From Elusimicrobiota bacterium (lineage in GTDB: Bacteria > Elusimicrobiota > Elusimicrobia > Elusimicrobiales > UBA9959), in NCBI GenBank assembly GCA_019135865.1, contig JAGVVD010000052.1:13011-77010 (forward strand): a DNA stretch of 64,000 bases. The letters are read 5' to 3'. Below are positions 1 through 8,954 of the stretch, piece by piece. Position numbers and translations under genes: made by a program. The notes below the pieces were generated by a model, which ran no database searches, had not been told where the DNA came from, and saw nothing but the letters and a program-made list of their open reading frames with translations. Numbering within the stretch: the first letter of the stretch is position 1; each line of letters starts with the position of its first letter.

Positions 1-975
1 CAGCGCCAGCAGGAAGACCTCGGTCATGATAAGGCCGAAGACGGAGGCGGGACGGGTGCCCATGGCTTTGAGCACGCCGTACTCGCGCGTGCGCTCCAGC
101 ACGGCCATCAGCACCGTGTTGAGCACGCCGACCGCCACTATCGCCATGATGATCAGGTTGGTGATATCGCCGCCTTTCCTGTCGAGCAGCATGGCCTGAT
201 AGAACTCCTTCTCCGTCACCTGCCACGGCTGTACGTCCAGGCCCGGGTCGGCCAGCGCGGCCGAGACCAGCGCCGCGTCTTCGCGGGCCTCCCGGTAGTC
301 GGTGAAGACCAGGACCAGCTCGTGCGCGCGGCCGCCCAGCGCCATGAACTCGCGCGCCTTGTCGATATGCATCAGGCACCACGGCCCGTCAAAGGCCGAC
401 TCCGAGGCGGAAAGAACGCCGGTCACGGTGAAATTATCGTTGGCGATGGAACCATCGGCGCCCTGCCCGATCAGCGAGAACTCGTCGCCGATACCGATCG
501 CCAGCGCCGAGGCCAGCCGCGCGCTTATGACCACGCCGGCCGAGGAAGCCCCCGGTATGAAAGATCCGGAAGAGATCTGCGTGGCTATGCGCGTGGCGAG
601 CCTCTCGCGCGCCGGGTCGAGACCCATGACCTGCGCGCCGACGGTCTTGGTGCCGGCGAAGGCCAGCGAAGCGGCGTAGACGCGGGGGGCCCAGGCCTCC
701 ACGGCGTCGAGCCCGTCGAGGACGAGGCCGGCCCGCGCCGGGTCGTCTATGGTCCTGTAGAGCGACGGCTTGTCCAGGTAGCCCGCCGCGTGCACCTGCG
801 CGTGGCCGGTGCGGCTGCGCGTGAACATGTCTATGATGGAGCCGTAGGTGCCCTCGGACATGCCCAGCGTCAGCGCGAACAGCGCGTAGCCGCCGGCCAT
901 CATCAGGCCGGTGAGCAGCGACCTCCGCCTGTTGCGGAAGACGTTGCGCAGGGCCATGCGGAAGATCAGTTTCAT
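1..975 (-). CDS. ABC transporter permease, FtsX/LolE family (3' end runs off the window)
   Basis: Manual translation from ATG at 975 gives MKLIFRMALRNVFRNRRRSLLTGLMMAGG..., the typical N-terminus of LolC/E-type permeases. The frame stays open to position 1 and overlaps the upstream gene by ATGA. Confidence 0.85.
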   Translation of the reverse strand, partial: MKLIFRMALRNVFRNRRRSLLTGLMMAGGYALFALTLGMSEGTYGSIIDMFTRSRTGHAQVHAAGYLDKPSLYRTIDDPARAGLVLDGLDAVEAWAPRVYAASLAFAGTKTVGAQVMGLDPARERLATRIATQISSGSFIPGASSAGVVISARLASALAIGIGDEFSLIGQGADGSIANDNFTVTGVLSASESAFDGPWCLMHIDKAREFMALGGRAHELVLVFTDYREAREDAALVSAALADPGLDVQPWQVTEKEFYQAMLLDRKGGDITNLIIMAIVAVGVLNTVLMAVLERTREYGVLKAMGTRPASVFGLIMTEVFLLAL

Positions 976-1733
976 CTCATCTTCACGCGCTGCAGGTTGC
1001 GCAGCGTGAAAGTGTCGGCCGGCAGTTCGAGGTCGAATTCGGCGTCGAGGTAGCGTATCGTGGTCACATGTCCCTTCTTGGAAACCGGGACCATGCGCAT
1101 GACGCGCGGCATGCGCCGGCCGCCGAGTTCGGCCATGTCGGAGAATTCCATCGTCCGCTGCAGGCGCCCCTTCTCGTCGTAATAGCGCTCGCTGACGGGC
1201 AGCAGGTCGTCCCTGCGGATCTCCAGCTCTATCGCCCCCCAGAGAGAGACCGTCTCCTTCTTCGGCTTGAGCCTTATGTAATACAGCCCGGGATCGGGCT
1301 TCTCCGGGGAGAAGAACTCGCCGGTATAGTCGTCTATCAGGGTGCTCTCCTTGACCAGGTCGTCGTTGGTGAAATCCGAGCCCATCCAGGAGCCCATCAT
1401 CATCGAGGGGGGGACCTTCATCACCTTGTTTATCTTGGGGAAGTAGTTCCACATCTCGTTGCCCTTGCGCAGCGTGGCGGAGCCGGCGTCGCGGGCCGGG
1501 GATCTGACGCGGATGAAGGTCTTGTCGAGGCCCTCCGTCCAGAAGTCCATGACCAGCGTGCGGCTCCACTCGGGCGTGACGATGGCCATCTCCATGGCCG
1601 CGCGGGAGCGGTCGCTGCGGTAAAGCCGGTCCACGCGGTCGAGCAGGGTTTTGACATCGGCCTCGGTTCCGGCGGCGGAGAGGAGGGGAGCGAGGCAGCA
1701 GAACAGCAGGAGGGCGGACAGGGTACGTCTCAT
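972..1733 (-). CDS. Outer-membrane lipoprotein-sorting protein (LolA-like)
   Basis: Signal peptide. The segments FIRVRSPARDAGSATLRKGNEMWNYFPKINKVMKVPPSMMMGSWMGSDFTNDDL and ERYYDEKGRLQRTMEF are typical of this family, and it is linked to a Lol-type permease. Confidence 0.85.
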   Translation of the reverse strand: MRRTLSALLLFCCLAPLLSAAGTEADVKTLLDRVDRLYRSDRSRAAMEMAIVTPEWSRTLVMDFWTEGLDKTFIRVRSPARDAGSATLRKGNEMWNYFPKINKVMKVPPSMMMGSWMGSDFTNDDLVKESTLIDDYTGEFFSPEKPDPGLYYIRLKPKKETVSLWGAIELEIRRDDLLPVSERYYDEKGRLQRTMEFSDMAELGGRRMPRVMRMVPVSKKGHVTTIRYLDAEFDLELPADTFTLRNLQRVKMR

Positions 1734-1880
1734 AGGCCCATGTTACCAAATGGGAGGCCCCGCGGATAAGCGGCCCCTGGCCGGCGGACCCAAGGTCCCA
1801 GGCCGCGATAGGCAAGTTGCCGCGAAAAGACGGGACCTTGGCCGGTTACGCCCGGCCGCGCGGGCGGCTATCATATGTAT

Positions 1881-2993
1881 ATGATCAAGACCGTCCCTTT
1901 CCTGCTGATAGCGGCCTTCGCGGCCCCCGCCGCGGCCCAGAATTCCTTCGAAGAGCTCGCCGGCCTGGATGCCGGGAGTATAAGCGGCCTGGAGGTCCCC
2001 GGGCTCGCCGTTCCCTCCGAAAAGAGCTGGGGCGCCAATTACACGCTCCGGGGCGTCGTCGCCAGCACCGAGGACGGCGTCTTCATAAACACTTTCGACG
2101 GCCGCCTGTTCAGGCTGGACCTCTCCGACAGGAAGGCCCGCAAATTCGACGGCAAAACGGTGATAGTGGAAGCCCAGGCCCGCCAGGCGGACGATCTCTC
2201 GATACTGAAAGTCGGCGGTATAGAAGAATACACCCCGGGCGCGGACGAGGTCGTCCCGGCCCCCTACCAGCCCCGCCGCCGCCAGGCGCTGCTGCTGGCG
2301 AACAAGTCCGACGAGATAACGATGGGCAATGTCCGCACGATGAGGACCGCGGTGCCCGAAAAGGACTCCTACGACTGGACCAGCATGACGATGGACCCGG
2401 AGAAGATAAAGAACGTCTACTTCGTGAAGAAGCCCTTCCCTCCCGAGTTCCTCGCCGCCCACTCCTTCCTGGTCTTCACCTTCGAGAAAGGGGCGCTGCG
2501 CGACGCCGAGGGCAATGAGCCGATGGCGCTGGCGCTGAGCATAGAGGCCCGGACCCGCACGGACCAGTCCTTCTCCCCGCTGACGGGGCTGGGCAGGAAA
2601 TTCGGCATCCTCTGGTCGCTTTCCACCTGGGAGGAGTACGCGGCCCGCACCGTACACCACGAGGGCTTCCGCCTGGCCCCCTACCCGGTGCTCCTGTCGC
2701 ACGACGAGAAGGTCCGGCTGCTGCGCGAAGCCATGACGCTGTCGGCCGTGGACCGCGAAGGCGAGTTCTACCACACGATAAAGAACAACTGCACGAACAA
2801 CCTGGTCATCCTCTTCAACCGCGTCCTGCCCAGGGAGCGGCAGATAAAGATGTGGACCATCCCCTATATGGTCTACAACTTCAGGGCCACCATGCCGCAG
2901 ATGGTCATAAACAACTTCCAGAAGCGCGGGCTTCTCGGCGAGCAGTTCGCCGACATACAGACCCCCGCCGACCTGGCCACCGTGCTGCCGTAA
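1881..2993 (+). CDS. DUF4105 (Lnb N-terminal-like) secreted protein
   Basis: Signal peptide, plus AAHSFLVFTF, SIEAR and FYHTIKNNCTNN motifs of DUF4105. Start taken at ATG 1881 (alternative 1875). Confidence 0.7.
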   Translation: MIKTVPFLLIAAFAAPAAAQNSFEELAGLDAGSISGLEVPGLAVPSEKSWGANYTLRGVVASTEDGVFINTFDGRLFRLDLSDRKARKFDGKTVIVEAQARQADDLSILKVGGIEEYTPGADEVVPAPYQPRRRQALLLANKSDEITMGNVRTMRTAVPEKDSYDWTSMTMDPEKIKNVYFVKKPFPPEFLAAHSFLVFTFEKGALRDAEGNEPMALALSIEARTRTDQSFSPLTGLGRKFGILWSLSTWEEYAARTVHHEGFRLAPYPVLLSHDEKVRLLREAMTLSAVDREGEFYHTIKNNCTNNLVILFNRVLPRERQIKMWTIPYMVYNFRATMPQMVINNFQKRGLLGEQFADIQTPADLATVLP

Positions 2994-3009
2994 ACCGTTC
3001 CCGCAGGCA

Positions 3010-3050
3010 AAAGAAGAAGGGCCGCGCATGAAGCGCGGCCCTTCGCTTTC
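3010..3050. terminator. Intrinsic terminator-like hairpin between convergent genes
   Basis: Perfect 12-bp stem GAAGGGCCGCGC (3016-3027) / GCGCGGCCCTTC (3033-3044), with an A-rich left flank that reads as a U-tract on the minus strand. Confidence 0.75.
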
Positions 3051-3064
3051 GGTCCCGGCGGGGA

Positions 3065-4315
3065 TCAGAGCTCGAAGCCGGGGTACATCGGGAAGCCGGA
3101 GCAGAGCTGCTTGACCTGCTCCTTTATTCCCTTGAGCGCCTTGTCGTCGGCGTGCTTCTGTATGGCCTCGTCCACCAGGCCGGCGATGAGGGCCATCTGC
3201 TTCTCCTTCATGCCGCGGGTGGTGACGGCCGGCGTGCCGATGCGGATGCCGCTGGTGATCATCGGCTTCTGCGGGTCGAACGGTATGGTGTTCTTGTTCA
3301 CCGTGATCCCGGCCTTGTCCAGCGCTATCTCCGCGTCGCGGCCGGTCACTTTCTTGGCGCGCAGGTCCACGCTCATCAGGTGGCAGTCGGTGCCGCCCGA
3401 CACTATGCGGTAGCCGCGGCCCTGCAGTTCGCGGGCCAGCTTGCGCGAGTTCCTGAGCACCTGGGTCTGGTATTCCTTGAACTTCGGGGACAGGGCCTCC
3501 TTGAAGCAGACCGCCTTGGCGGCCACGGCGTGCATCAGCGGCCCGCCCTGGTTGCCGGGGAAGGTGGTGCGGTCCACGGCCTTGGCGTAGCAGCCCTTGG
3601 AGAGGATCAGGCCGCCGCGCGGTCCGCGCAGCGTCTTATGCGTGGTGGTGGTGACGATGTCGGCGTGCTCCACCGGGGACGGGTAGATGCCCGCCGCTAT
3701 CAGGCCGGCGTAATGGGCGATGTCGGTCACTACGAACGATTTCCAGATGTCGGCGGCCTTCTTGATGCGGGCCCAGTCCCATTTGCGCGAATAGTTGGAG
3801 GCGCCGGCCATGATCAGCTTCGGGCGGTGCTTCTCCACCAGCTTGTCGATCTCGTCGTAATCGATCATCTCGGTCTCCGGGTTGACCTCGAAGGAGACGA
3901 TCTTGAAATACTTGCCGGAGAAGTTGAGCGGGTGGCCGTGGCTGAGATGGCCGCCGTGCTCGAGCTTGAGGCCCAGCACGGTGTCGCCGGGCTTGATCAG
4001 CGAGAGGTAGGCCTCGATATTGGCCTGGGTGCCGGAATGCGGCTGGACATTGGCGTGCTCGGCCCCGAAGAGCTTCTTGGCGCGGGCTATGGCGAGGTTC
4101 TCGGCCTCGTCGACGTGCTCGCAGCCGCCGTAGTAGCGCTTGCCGGGATAGCCTTCGGCGTACTTGTTGGTCAGCACCGAGCCAAGGGCTTCGAGCACGG
4201 CCTTGGAGGTGTAGTTCTCGGAAGCGATGAGCTCGAGGTTGTTCTGCTGGCGCAGGACCTCTCCCTTTACGGCGTGGTAAAGCTGGGGATCGTTCTTCTT
4301 TATCTCTTCGTACAT
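3065..4315 (-). CDS. glyA: Serine hydroxymethyltransferase
   Basis: LELIASEN, NKYAEGYPGKRYYGGC, GGHLSHG and TTTTHKTLRGPRGG motifs. ATG at 4315 follows an AAGGAG SD. Confidence 0.98.
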   Translation of the reverse strand: MYEEIKKNDPQLYHAVKGEVLRQQNNLELIASENYTSKAVLEALGSVLTNKYAEGYPGKRYYGGCEHVDEAENLAIARAKKLFGAEHANVQPHSGTQANIEAYLSLIKPGDTVLGLKLEHGGHLSHGHPLNFSGKYFKIVSFEVNPETEMIDYDEIDKLVEKHRPKLIMAGASNYSRKWDWARIKKAADIWKSFVVTDIAHYAGLIAAGIYPSPVEHADIVTTTTHKTLRGPRGGLILSKGCYAKAVDRTTFPGNQGGPLMHAVAAKAVCFKEALSPKFKEYQTQVLRNSRKLARELQGRGYRIVSGGTDCHLMSVDLRAKKVTGRDAEIALDKAGITVNKNTIPFDPQKPMITSGIRIGTPAVTTRGMKEKQMALIAGLVDEAIQKHADDKALKGIKEQVKQLCSGFPMYPGFEL

Positions 4316-4347
4316 TTTCCTCTCCTTGGGCGGCGCGGCCGCCTTCT

Positions 4348-5484
4348 TCAAATCTTACTATTTTTAATCCGTTCGATTACGGCGGGCAGGGCTTTCCTGA
4401 GGACCCCTATCGCGGCGTCGTAGGCGGCCTGCCCCGCGCCATAGGGGTCGGGCAGGTCTCCCTCGAAGGTCCCGGCGTATTCCGATAGGGTGAAGGTCTT
4501 CTTGCGCGCGCCGGGGAAGGCGGCCAGCAGCGCCGCCTTGTGCGCCGTCGTCATCGCCAGGACGAGGTCGGCGGCGGCCACCGCGGCCTCTTCGGCCGGG
4601 GAGGATTCGTGGCCCGGGTCCTCTACCCCCTCGGCGGCCAGCGCTTTCAGGGCCTCCGGCGGCATGGCGGAACCGGGCTCGGCGGAGATCCCGGCGGAGG
4701 AGAACTCGACGTCGATATCCGCCTCCGCGGCGAGCCGGCGCGCGTAATGCTCCGCCATCGCGCTGCGGCAGGTATTGCCGGTACAGACGAAAAGGACGCG
4801 GAACGGCTCTTCCCTGCCGCGGCCCGCCGGCCGCAGGACCAGGACGAGCTCTCCCTTCACCTGGCCTTTCTTCTCCAGCGCGGCCAGCACTTCGGCGGGA
4901 GCGCCGCGCAGCCATTCCTCGTAGACCTTGCTGAGCTCGCGCGCCAGCGCGGCTTCGGTCCGCGGGAACTCGTCGGCGACCAGCGCCATGAACTTCTTTA
5001 TGCGGAAAGGGGATTCATAAACTATGACCGGCCGCCCCAGCCCCAGCGCCTGCCTCAGCGCCCTGACCGTCTTGCCGCGCTGGCGCGGCAGGAAGCCCAG
5101 GAAGACGAAGGAATCGACGGGAAAGCCTGAGCCGGCGGCGGCGCACGCCACCGCCGAGGGGCCGGGCAGCGACTCGACGCGCCCGCCGCGCGCGGCCACG
5201 GCGGCCGCGAGCTTCCAGCCCGGGTCGGAAATGCAGGGGGTGCCGCCGTCGGTGACCAGCGCGGCCTTCGCGTCCGAGGCGGCCAGCGAGACGGCCTGTT
5301 CGACCGAACGCGGGTCGTGTTCGTTGTAGCGCAGCAGTTTCTTCTTTATGCCGAAGTGGTTGAGGAGGTTCAGCGTGCGGCGGGTATCCTCGCAGAGGAC
5401 GGCGTCGGCCTCTTTGAGGACCTCCAGCGCGCGCAGCGTTATATCCTTGAGATTGCCTATCGGGGTGGGTACGAGGTAGAGCAC
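4348..5484 (-). CDS. rsmI: Fusion of 16S rRNA C1402 2'-O-methyltransferase RsmI with a C-terminal low-molecular-weight phosphatase (YwlE/arginine-phosphatase type)
   Basis: N-terminal LYLVPTPIGNLKDITLRA, CEDTR, DGGTPCISDPG and ARELSKVYEE. C-terminal FVCTGNTCRSAMAE...DLVLAM...DLPDPYG. Confidence 0.9.
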   Translation of the reverse strand: MLYLVPTPIGNLKDITLRALEVLKEADAVLCEDTRRTLNLLNHFGIKKKLLRYNEHDPRSVEQAVSLAASDAKAALVTDGGTPCISDPGWKLAAAVAARGGRVESLPGPSAVACAAAGSGFPVDSFVFLGFLPRQRGKTVRALRQALGLGRPVIVYESPFRIKKFMALVADEFPRTEAALARELSKVYEEWLRGAPAEVLAALEKKGQVKGELVLVLRPAGRGREEPFRVLFVCTGNTCRSAMAEHYARRLAAEADIDVEFSSAGISAEPGSAMPPEALKALAAEGVEDPGHESSPAEEAAVAAADLVLAMTTAHKAALLAAFPGARKKTFTLSEYAGTFEGDLPDPYGAGQAAYDAAIGVLRKALPAVIERIKNSKI

Positions 5485-5494
5485 GGCCGGGGCC

Positions 5495-6733
5495 TCAGGC
5501 TTTCCCGTCGTCCGCGCCTTTCCAGTCGCGCTCTTCCAGCCGCAGGAAAGCCTCGACCACCCTGGGGTCGAACTGCTTGCCCGCGCCTTTGCGCAGTTCG
5601 TCCTCCGCTTTCTCGCGGCCGAGGGCCTTGCGGTAGGGGCGGTCGCTCATCATCGCGTCCCAGGCGTCTATGGTCGAGACTATGCGGGCGCCGAGCGGGA
5701 TCTCCTCGCCCTTGAGGCCCTCGGGATAACCCGTGCCGTTGAACCATTCCTGGTGGTAGAGCACCATCTGCGCGACCGGGCCGAGGAACTGTATGGGAGA
5801 GAGGATCTGGTAGCCGATGGCCGGATGCTTCTTTATCTCGGCGTATTCCTCGGGCGTCAGCCTGCCGGGTTTGCCGAGGATGCCGCCGTCGATGCCTATC
5901 TTGCCTATATCGTGCAGCAGGGCCGCGTACTCGACGTAGCGGATCATCTGCTCGGGCATGCGCAGTTCCTCGGCCAGGCGCCGGGCCTTCTCCCGCGCGC
6001 GGCCGGCGTGGTCGCCGGTGTAGGCGTCCTTGGCGTCGATGACGCGGGCCAGCGTCTGCACCATCTCGAGATAGAAGTTCTCGATGCTCTCGTAGAGCTT
6101 GATGTTCTCCAGCGTCACGGCCGACTCGCCGGCCAGCAGCGTCAGGAACTTGAGGTCGTACTCGGTGAAGGCGCCTTTCTCGCGCGAGATATGCAGGTTC
6201 AGCACGCCGAAAGGCTTATCCTTCACCTTGAGCGGCATCGCGATGAACGGGTCCTTCTGTTCCTCGTGGCCGATGAAGTCCTTGTACTGGTCGCTCTGGG
6301 AAGGATCGGTGATGAAGATGGTCTCGCCGGTCTGGAAGGCGCGGCCGGCCACGCCCTGGCCGGGAGGGATATGGGTGCTCTCGATTATCTCGCGCGAAAT
6401 GCCGCGCGAGGCCACGATCTTGAGCTCGCGCGAAGCTTCGTCGTAGACCATCAGCGACCCGCGGTGGGAGCGCAGCAGGTCGCAGGCGCTGTCGAGCACG
6501 GCCTGGAAAAAATCCTCTTTCTTCACGGAACCGACGTTCACCACGCCTATCTCGTGTATGGTCAGCAGGCTGGTGAGCAGTTCGTCGAACTTGTTCCAGG
6601 TCTCCTTGAGTACGGAACCTTTCCCGCGCGGCTCCGCGGGAGCGCTCTCCAGGCTCATCGCGTAGACCTTCCGCAGCAGGAACCCCACGGCGGCGAGCAG
6701 TACCGCTATGACCGCCGAAAGCGCGTATATCAT
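5495..6733 (-). CDS. Membrane-anchored GAF + HD-GYP protein (probable c-di-GMP phosphodiesterase)
   Basis: N-terminal TM (MIYALSAVIAVLLAAVGFLL), a GAF domain (GQGVAGRAF), and YTGDH, LHDIGKIG and HQEWFNGTGYPEGL motifs. The true start is ATG 6733, inside the longer listed ORF. Confidence 0.9.
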   Translation of the reverse strand: MIYALSAVIAVLLAAVGFLLRKVYAMSLESAPAEPRGKGSVLKETWNKFDELLTSLLTIHEIGVVNVGSVKKEDFFQAVLDSACDLLRSHRGSLMVYDEASRELKIVASRGISREIIESTHIPPGQGVAGRAFQTGETIFITDPSQSDQYKDFIGHEEQKDPFIAMPLKVKDKPFGVLNLHISREKGAFTEYDLKFLTLLAGESAVTLENIKLYESIENFYLEMVQTLARVIDAKDAYTGDHAGRAREKARRLAEELRMPEQMIRYVEYAALLHDIGKIGIDGGILGKPGRLTPEEYAEIKKHPAIGYQILSPIQFLGPVAQMVLYHQEWFNGTGYPEGLKGEEIPLGARIVSTIDAWDAMMSDRPYRKALGREKAEDELRKGAGKQFDPRVVEAFLRLEERDWKGADDGKA

Positions 6734-6798
6734 CGGCCCTAGAATAGCAAAAAACCGGAAAAACAGGCAAAGCCGGGGCGGCGGGCGCGGCGGAGGGC

Positions 6799-6829
6799 TT
6801 GGACAGGAGGGGACTTTAAAGAATATAAT
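6799..6829 (+). promoter_or_regulatory. Sigma70-like promoter for dapB
   Basis: TGGACA (6800-6805), 18-nt spacer, TATAAT (6824-6829). Confidence 0.55.
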
Positions 6830-6841
6830 TGACCTTCCGGA

Positions 6842-7558
6842 ATGACAGACGCGAAGATAAAGATGGCCGTCAACGGCGGGCTCGGCAGAATGGGCCTGAA
6901 AGTAAGCGAGCGCCTGGCGCTGCGCCGCGGCGCGGAGCCCGGTCCGATCTTCGACGCCCTGCCCGGCGGGACCTCGCTCCGGCCCGAAGCCGCGCCGGAG
7001 GCCCTCAAAGGCTGCGGAGCGGCCATAGATTTCAGCTCCCCCGCGGGGGCGCTCTCCTTCGCGGAGGCCTGCGCGTCGGCCGGGGTGCCTTTCGTCACCG
7101 GCACCACGGGCCTGTCCGGGGAACAGCTCGCCCGGCTCGCGGATATCTCCTCGAGGATCCCCGTTTTCGTCTCGCCGAACATGAGCCCCGCCGTGAACCT
7201 CACCTTCGCCGTCGCGCGGCTGATGGCCTCCAGGCTGGAGGGCTTCGACGTCCACGTCAGCGAGGTCCATCACCGGCTCAAGAAGGACTCCCCGTCGGGC
7301 ACGGCGCTGCGCTACCTGGACGCCGTGAAGGCGGGCGGCCGGCAGGCCTCGGTCTCCAGCGCGCGGGCCGGGGATATCGTGGGGGAGCACACCGTGCTCT
7401 TCGCGGGGCCGCACGAACGGGTCGAGCTCACGCACAGGGCCCATTCGCGCGACGTCTTCGCGGACGGCGCCATAACGGCCGCCCTCTGGCTCGCCGGCAA
7501 AGAGAAAGGATTCTACGACTACGCCGATCTGCTCGGGCTCAAAGGGGTTGCGCAATGA
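6842..7558 (+). CDS. dapB: 4-hydroxy-tetrahydrodipicolinate reductase
   Basis: GGLGRMG, IDFS, VTGTTG, EVHHRLKKDSPSGTA, RAGDIVGEH and HRAHSRDVFADGA motifs. Confidence 0.95.
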   Translation: MTDAKIKMAVNGGLGRMGLKVSERLALRRGAEPGPIFDALPGGTSLRPEAAPEALKGCGAAIDFSSPAGALSFAEACASAGVPFVTGTTGLSGEQLARLADISSRIPVFVSPNMSPAVNLTFAVARLMASRLEGFDVHVSEVHHRLKKDSPSGTALRYLDAVKAGGRQASVSSARAGDIVGEHTVLFAGPHERVELTHRAHSRDVFADGAITAALWLAGKEKGFYDYADLLGLKGVAQ

Positions 7559-8508
7559 CCGCACAGGAGTTCTTCTACTGGCTGCTCTTCTCGCTGCTGG
7601 CCCTCTCGGCCGGAGCCGTATGGCTCGCCTACCTCAAGAGCTTCTCGATCATACGGCCGGCGCGCATGAAGCTCGCCCACCTGCCCGACCAGTTCCGGCT
7701 GGCCTACGAGCCGGTGGTCTTTCCCTCCACCGACGGGGTGGCCCTGCGCGGCTGGTTCATACCGGCCGGGGGGGAGCGGAGCTCCAGGACGATAGTCTTC
7801 TGCCACGGCTGGGGCTCCAACAAGTCGGAGCTGATGCGCGACACCAATTTCCTCGCCGGGCTTGGGTTCAACCTTTTCTATTTCGATTTCCGCGCCTCGG
7901 GCGAGAGCGCGGGCGGCATGGCCAGCGTCGGATACCTGGAAACGCGCGACCTGGAAGCGGCCTTCGCCTGGTTGCAGGCCAACAGGCCGGAAGCCTGCGC
8001 CGGCGGCATGGGCCTTTTCGGCCTCTCGATGGGCGCCTCGGTGGCGATGTGGAAAACCGCCAAACGGCCGGAGGTGAAATGCCTGCTGGCCGAGAACGTC
8101 TTCCTTTCCTACACGCGCGTCATAGCGAACTGGGGCTGGCGGCGGCTCAAGGTGCCGTTCTACCCGCTGATACCGATGATCCTCTTCTTCGTGCGCCTCA
8201 AGCTCGGCGCGGACCCGGAGCCGTACAGCCCCGTCCACACGGCCCCGTCCGTGAAACAGCCCGTGCTGTTCGTGCAGGGGGACCAGGACGAGCTCGTGCC
8301 GCGGGAAGAGGCGAAACTGCTCTACGAGATCTGCGGCTCGTCGGAAAAAGCCCTCTGGACCGTCACGGGCGCGGGCCACGCCAAGTGCGCCGAGGTCGGC
8401 GGCGAGACCTACCGCCGGAAGGTCGCGGAATTCTTCCAGACCCATCTCCCGCCGGAGCCGGAACCCGCCGAACCGCCCCCCGGGGCGGTAAGAACGGTCG
8501 GCCCATGA
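7555..8508 (+). CDS. Membrane-anchored alpha/beta hydrolase
   Basis: N-terminal TM, FCHGWGSN, FDFRASGES, nucleophile elbow GLSMG, VQGDQDELV and GAGHA. ATGA overlap with dapB. Confidence 0.85.
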   Translation: MTAQEFFYWLLFSLLALSAGAVWLAYLKSFSIIRPARMKLAHLPDQFRLAYEPVVFPSTDGVALRGWFIPAGGERSSRTIVFCHGWGSNKSELMRDTNFLAGLGFNLFYFDFRASGESAGGMASVGYLETRDLEAAFAWLQANRPEACAGGMGLFGLSMGASVAMWKTAKRPEVKCLLAENVFLSYTRVIANWGWRRLKVPFYPLIPMILFFVRLKLGADPEPYSPVHTAPSVKQPVLFVQGDQDELVPREEAKLLYEICGSSEKALWTVTGAGHAKCAEVGGETYRRKVAEFFQTHLPPEPEPAEPPPGAVRTVGP

Positions 8509-8517
8509 AAACCGCCC

Positions 8518-8546
8518 TTGAATTCTCCGTCGGCATAATGTAAACT
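8518..8546 (+). promoter_or_regulatory. Sigma70-like promoter of the small basic protein gene
   Basis: TTGAAT (8518-8523), 17-nt spacer, TAAACT (8541-8546). An AGGAGG SD precedes ATG 8593. Confidence 0.6.
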
Positions 8547-8592
8547 TTTCGGAGTTGCAGCAAGCGAAGTTCCCGTTAGGAGGGAAGACGAA

Positions 8593-8853
8593 ATGGCTGA
8601 GAAAGTAATGAAACTGCATGTTAAGCGCGAGGATGGTTTCCTTTATTACATCGACAAGCAGGGCGATGTTTCCCGCGCCAAGATGGCCCGCGGCGGCAAG
8701 AAGGGCGGCAAGCCCTCCAAGGTCGCCAAGGCCGGCGTCAAGAAAGAGGAAGGCTACCTGTATTTCCTCGACAAGGCCGGCGACATATCCCGCGCCAAGA
8801 TGGTCAACGCCGGGAAGGGCAAGAAGAAGGCCAAGAAAGGCAAGCGCAAGTAA
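8593..8853 (+). CDS. Small lysine-rich protein with two internal repeats, function unknown
   Basis: Strong SD, its own promoter and terminator, and a duplicated VK(R/K)E(D/E)G(F/Y)LY(Y/F)(I/L)DKxGD(V/I)SRAKM motif. Confidence 0.85.
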   Translation: MAEKVMKLHVKREDGFLYYIDKQGDVSRAKMARGGKKGGKPSKVAKAGVKKEEGYLYFLDKAGDISRAKMVNAGKGKKKAKKGKRK

Positions 8854-8879
8854 TCCGCGGTTTTAAACCAAGGAGAACG

Positions 8880-8914
8880 AAAACCGTCCGGGCCCCCGCC
8901 CGGGCGGTTTTTTT
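8880..8914 (+). terminator. Rho-independent terminator
   Basis: AAAACCGTCCGGG / CCCGGGCGGTTTT stem followed by a T-run. Confidence 0.85.
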
Positions 8915-8954
8915 CAGGGGTCCGGCGGCGCCGGGCTTTTGCTAAAATACCCGC

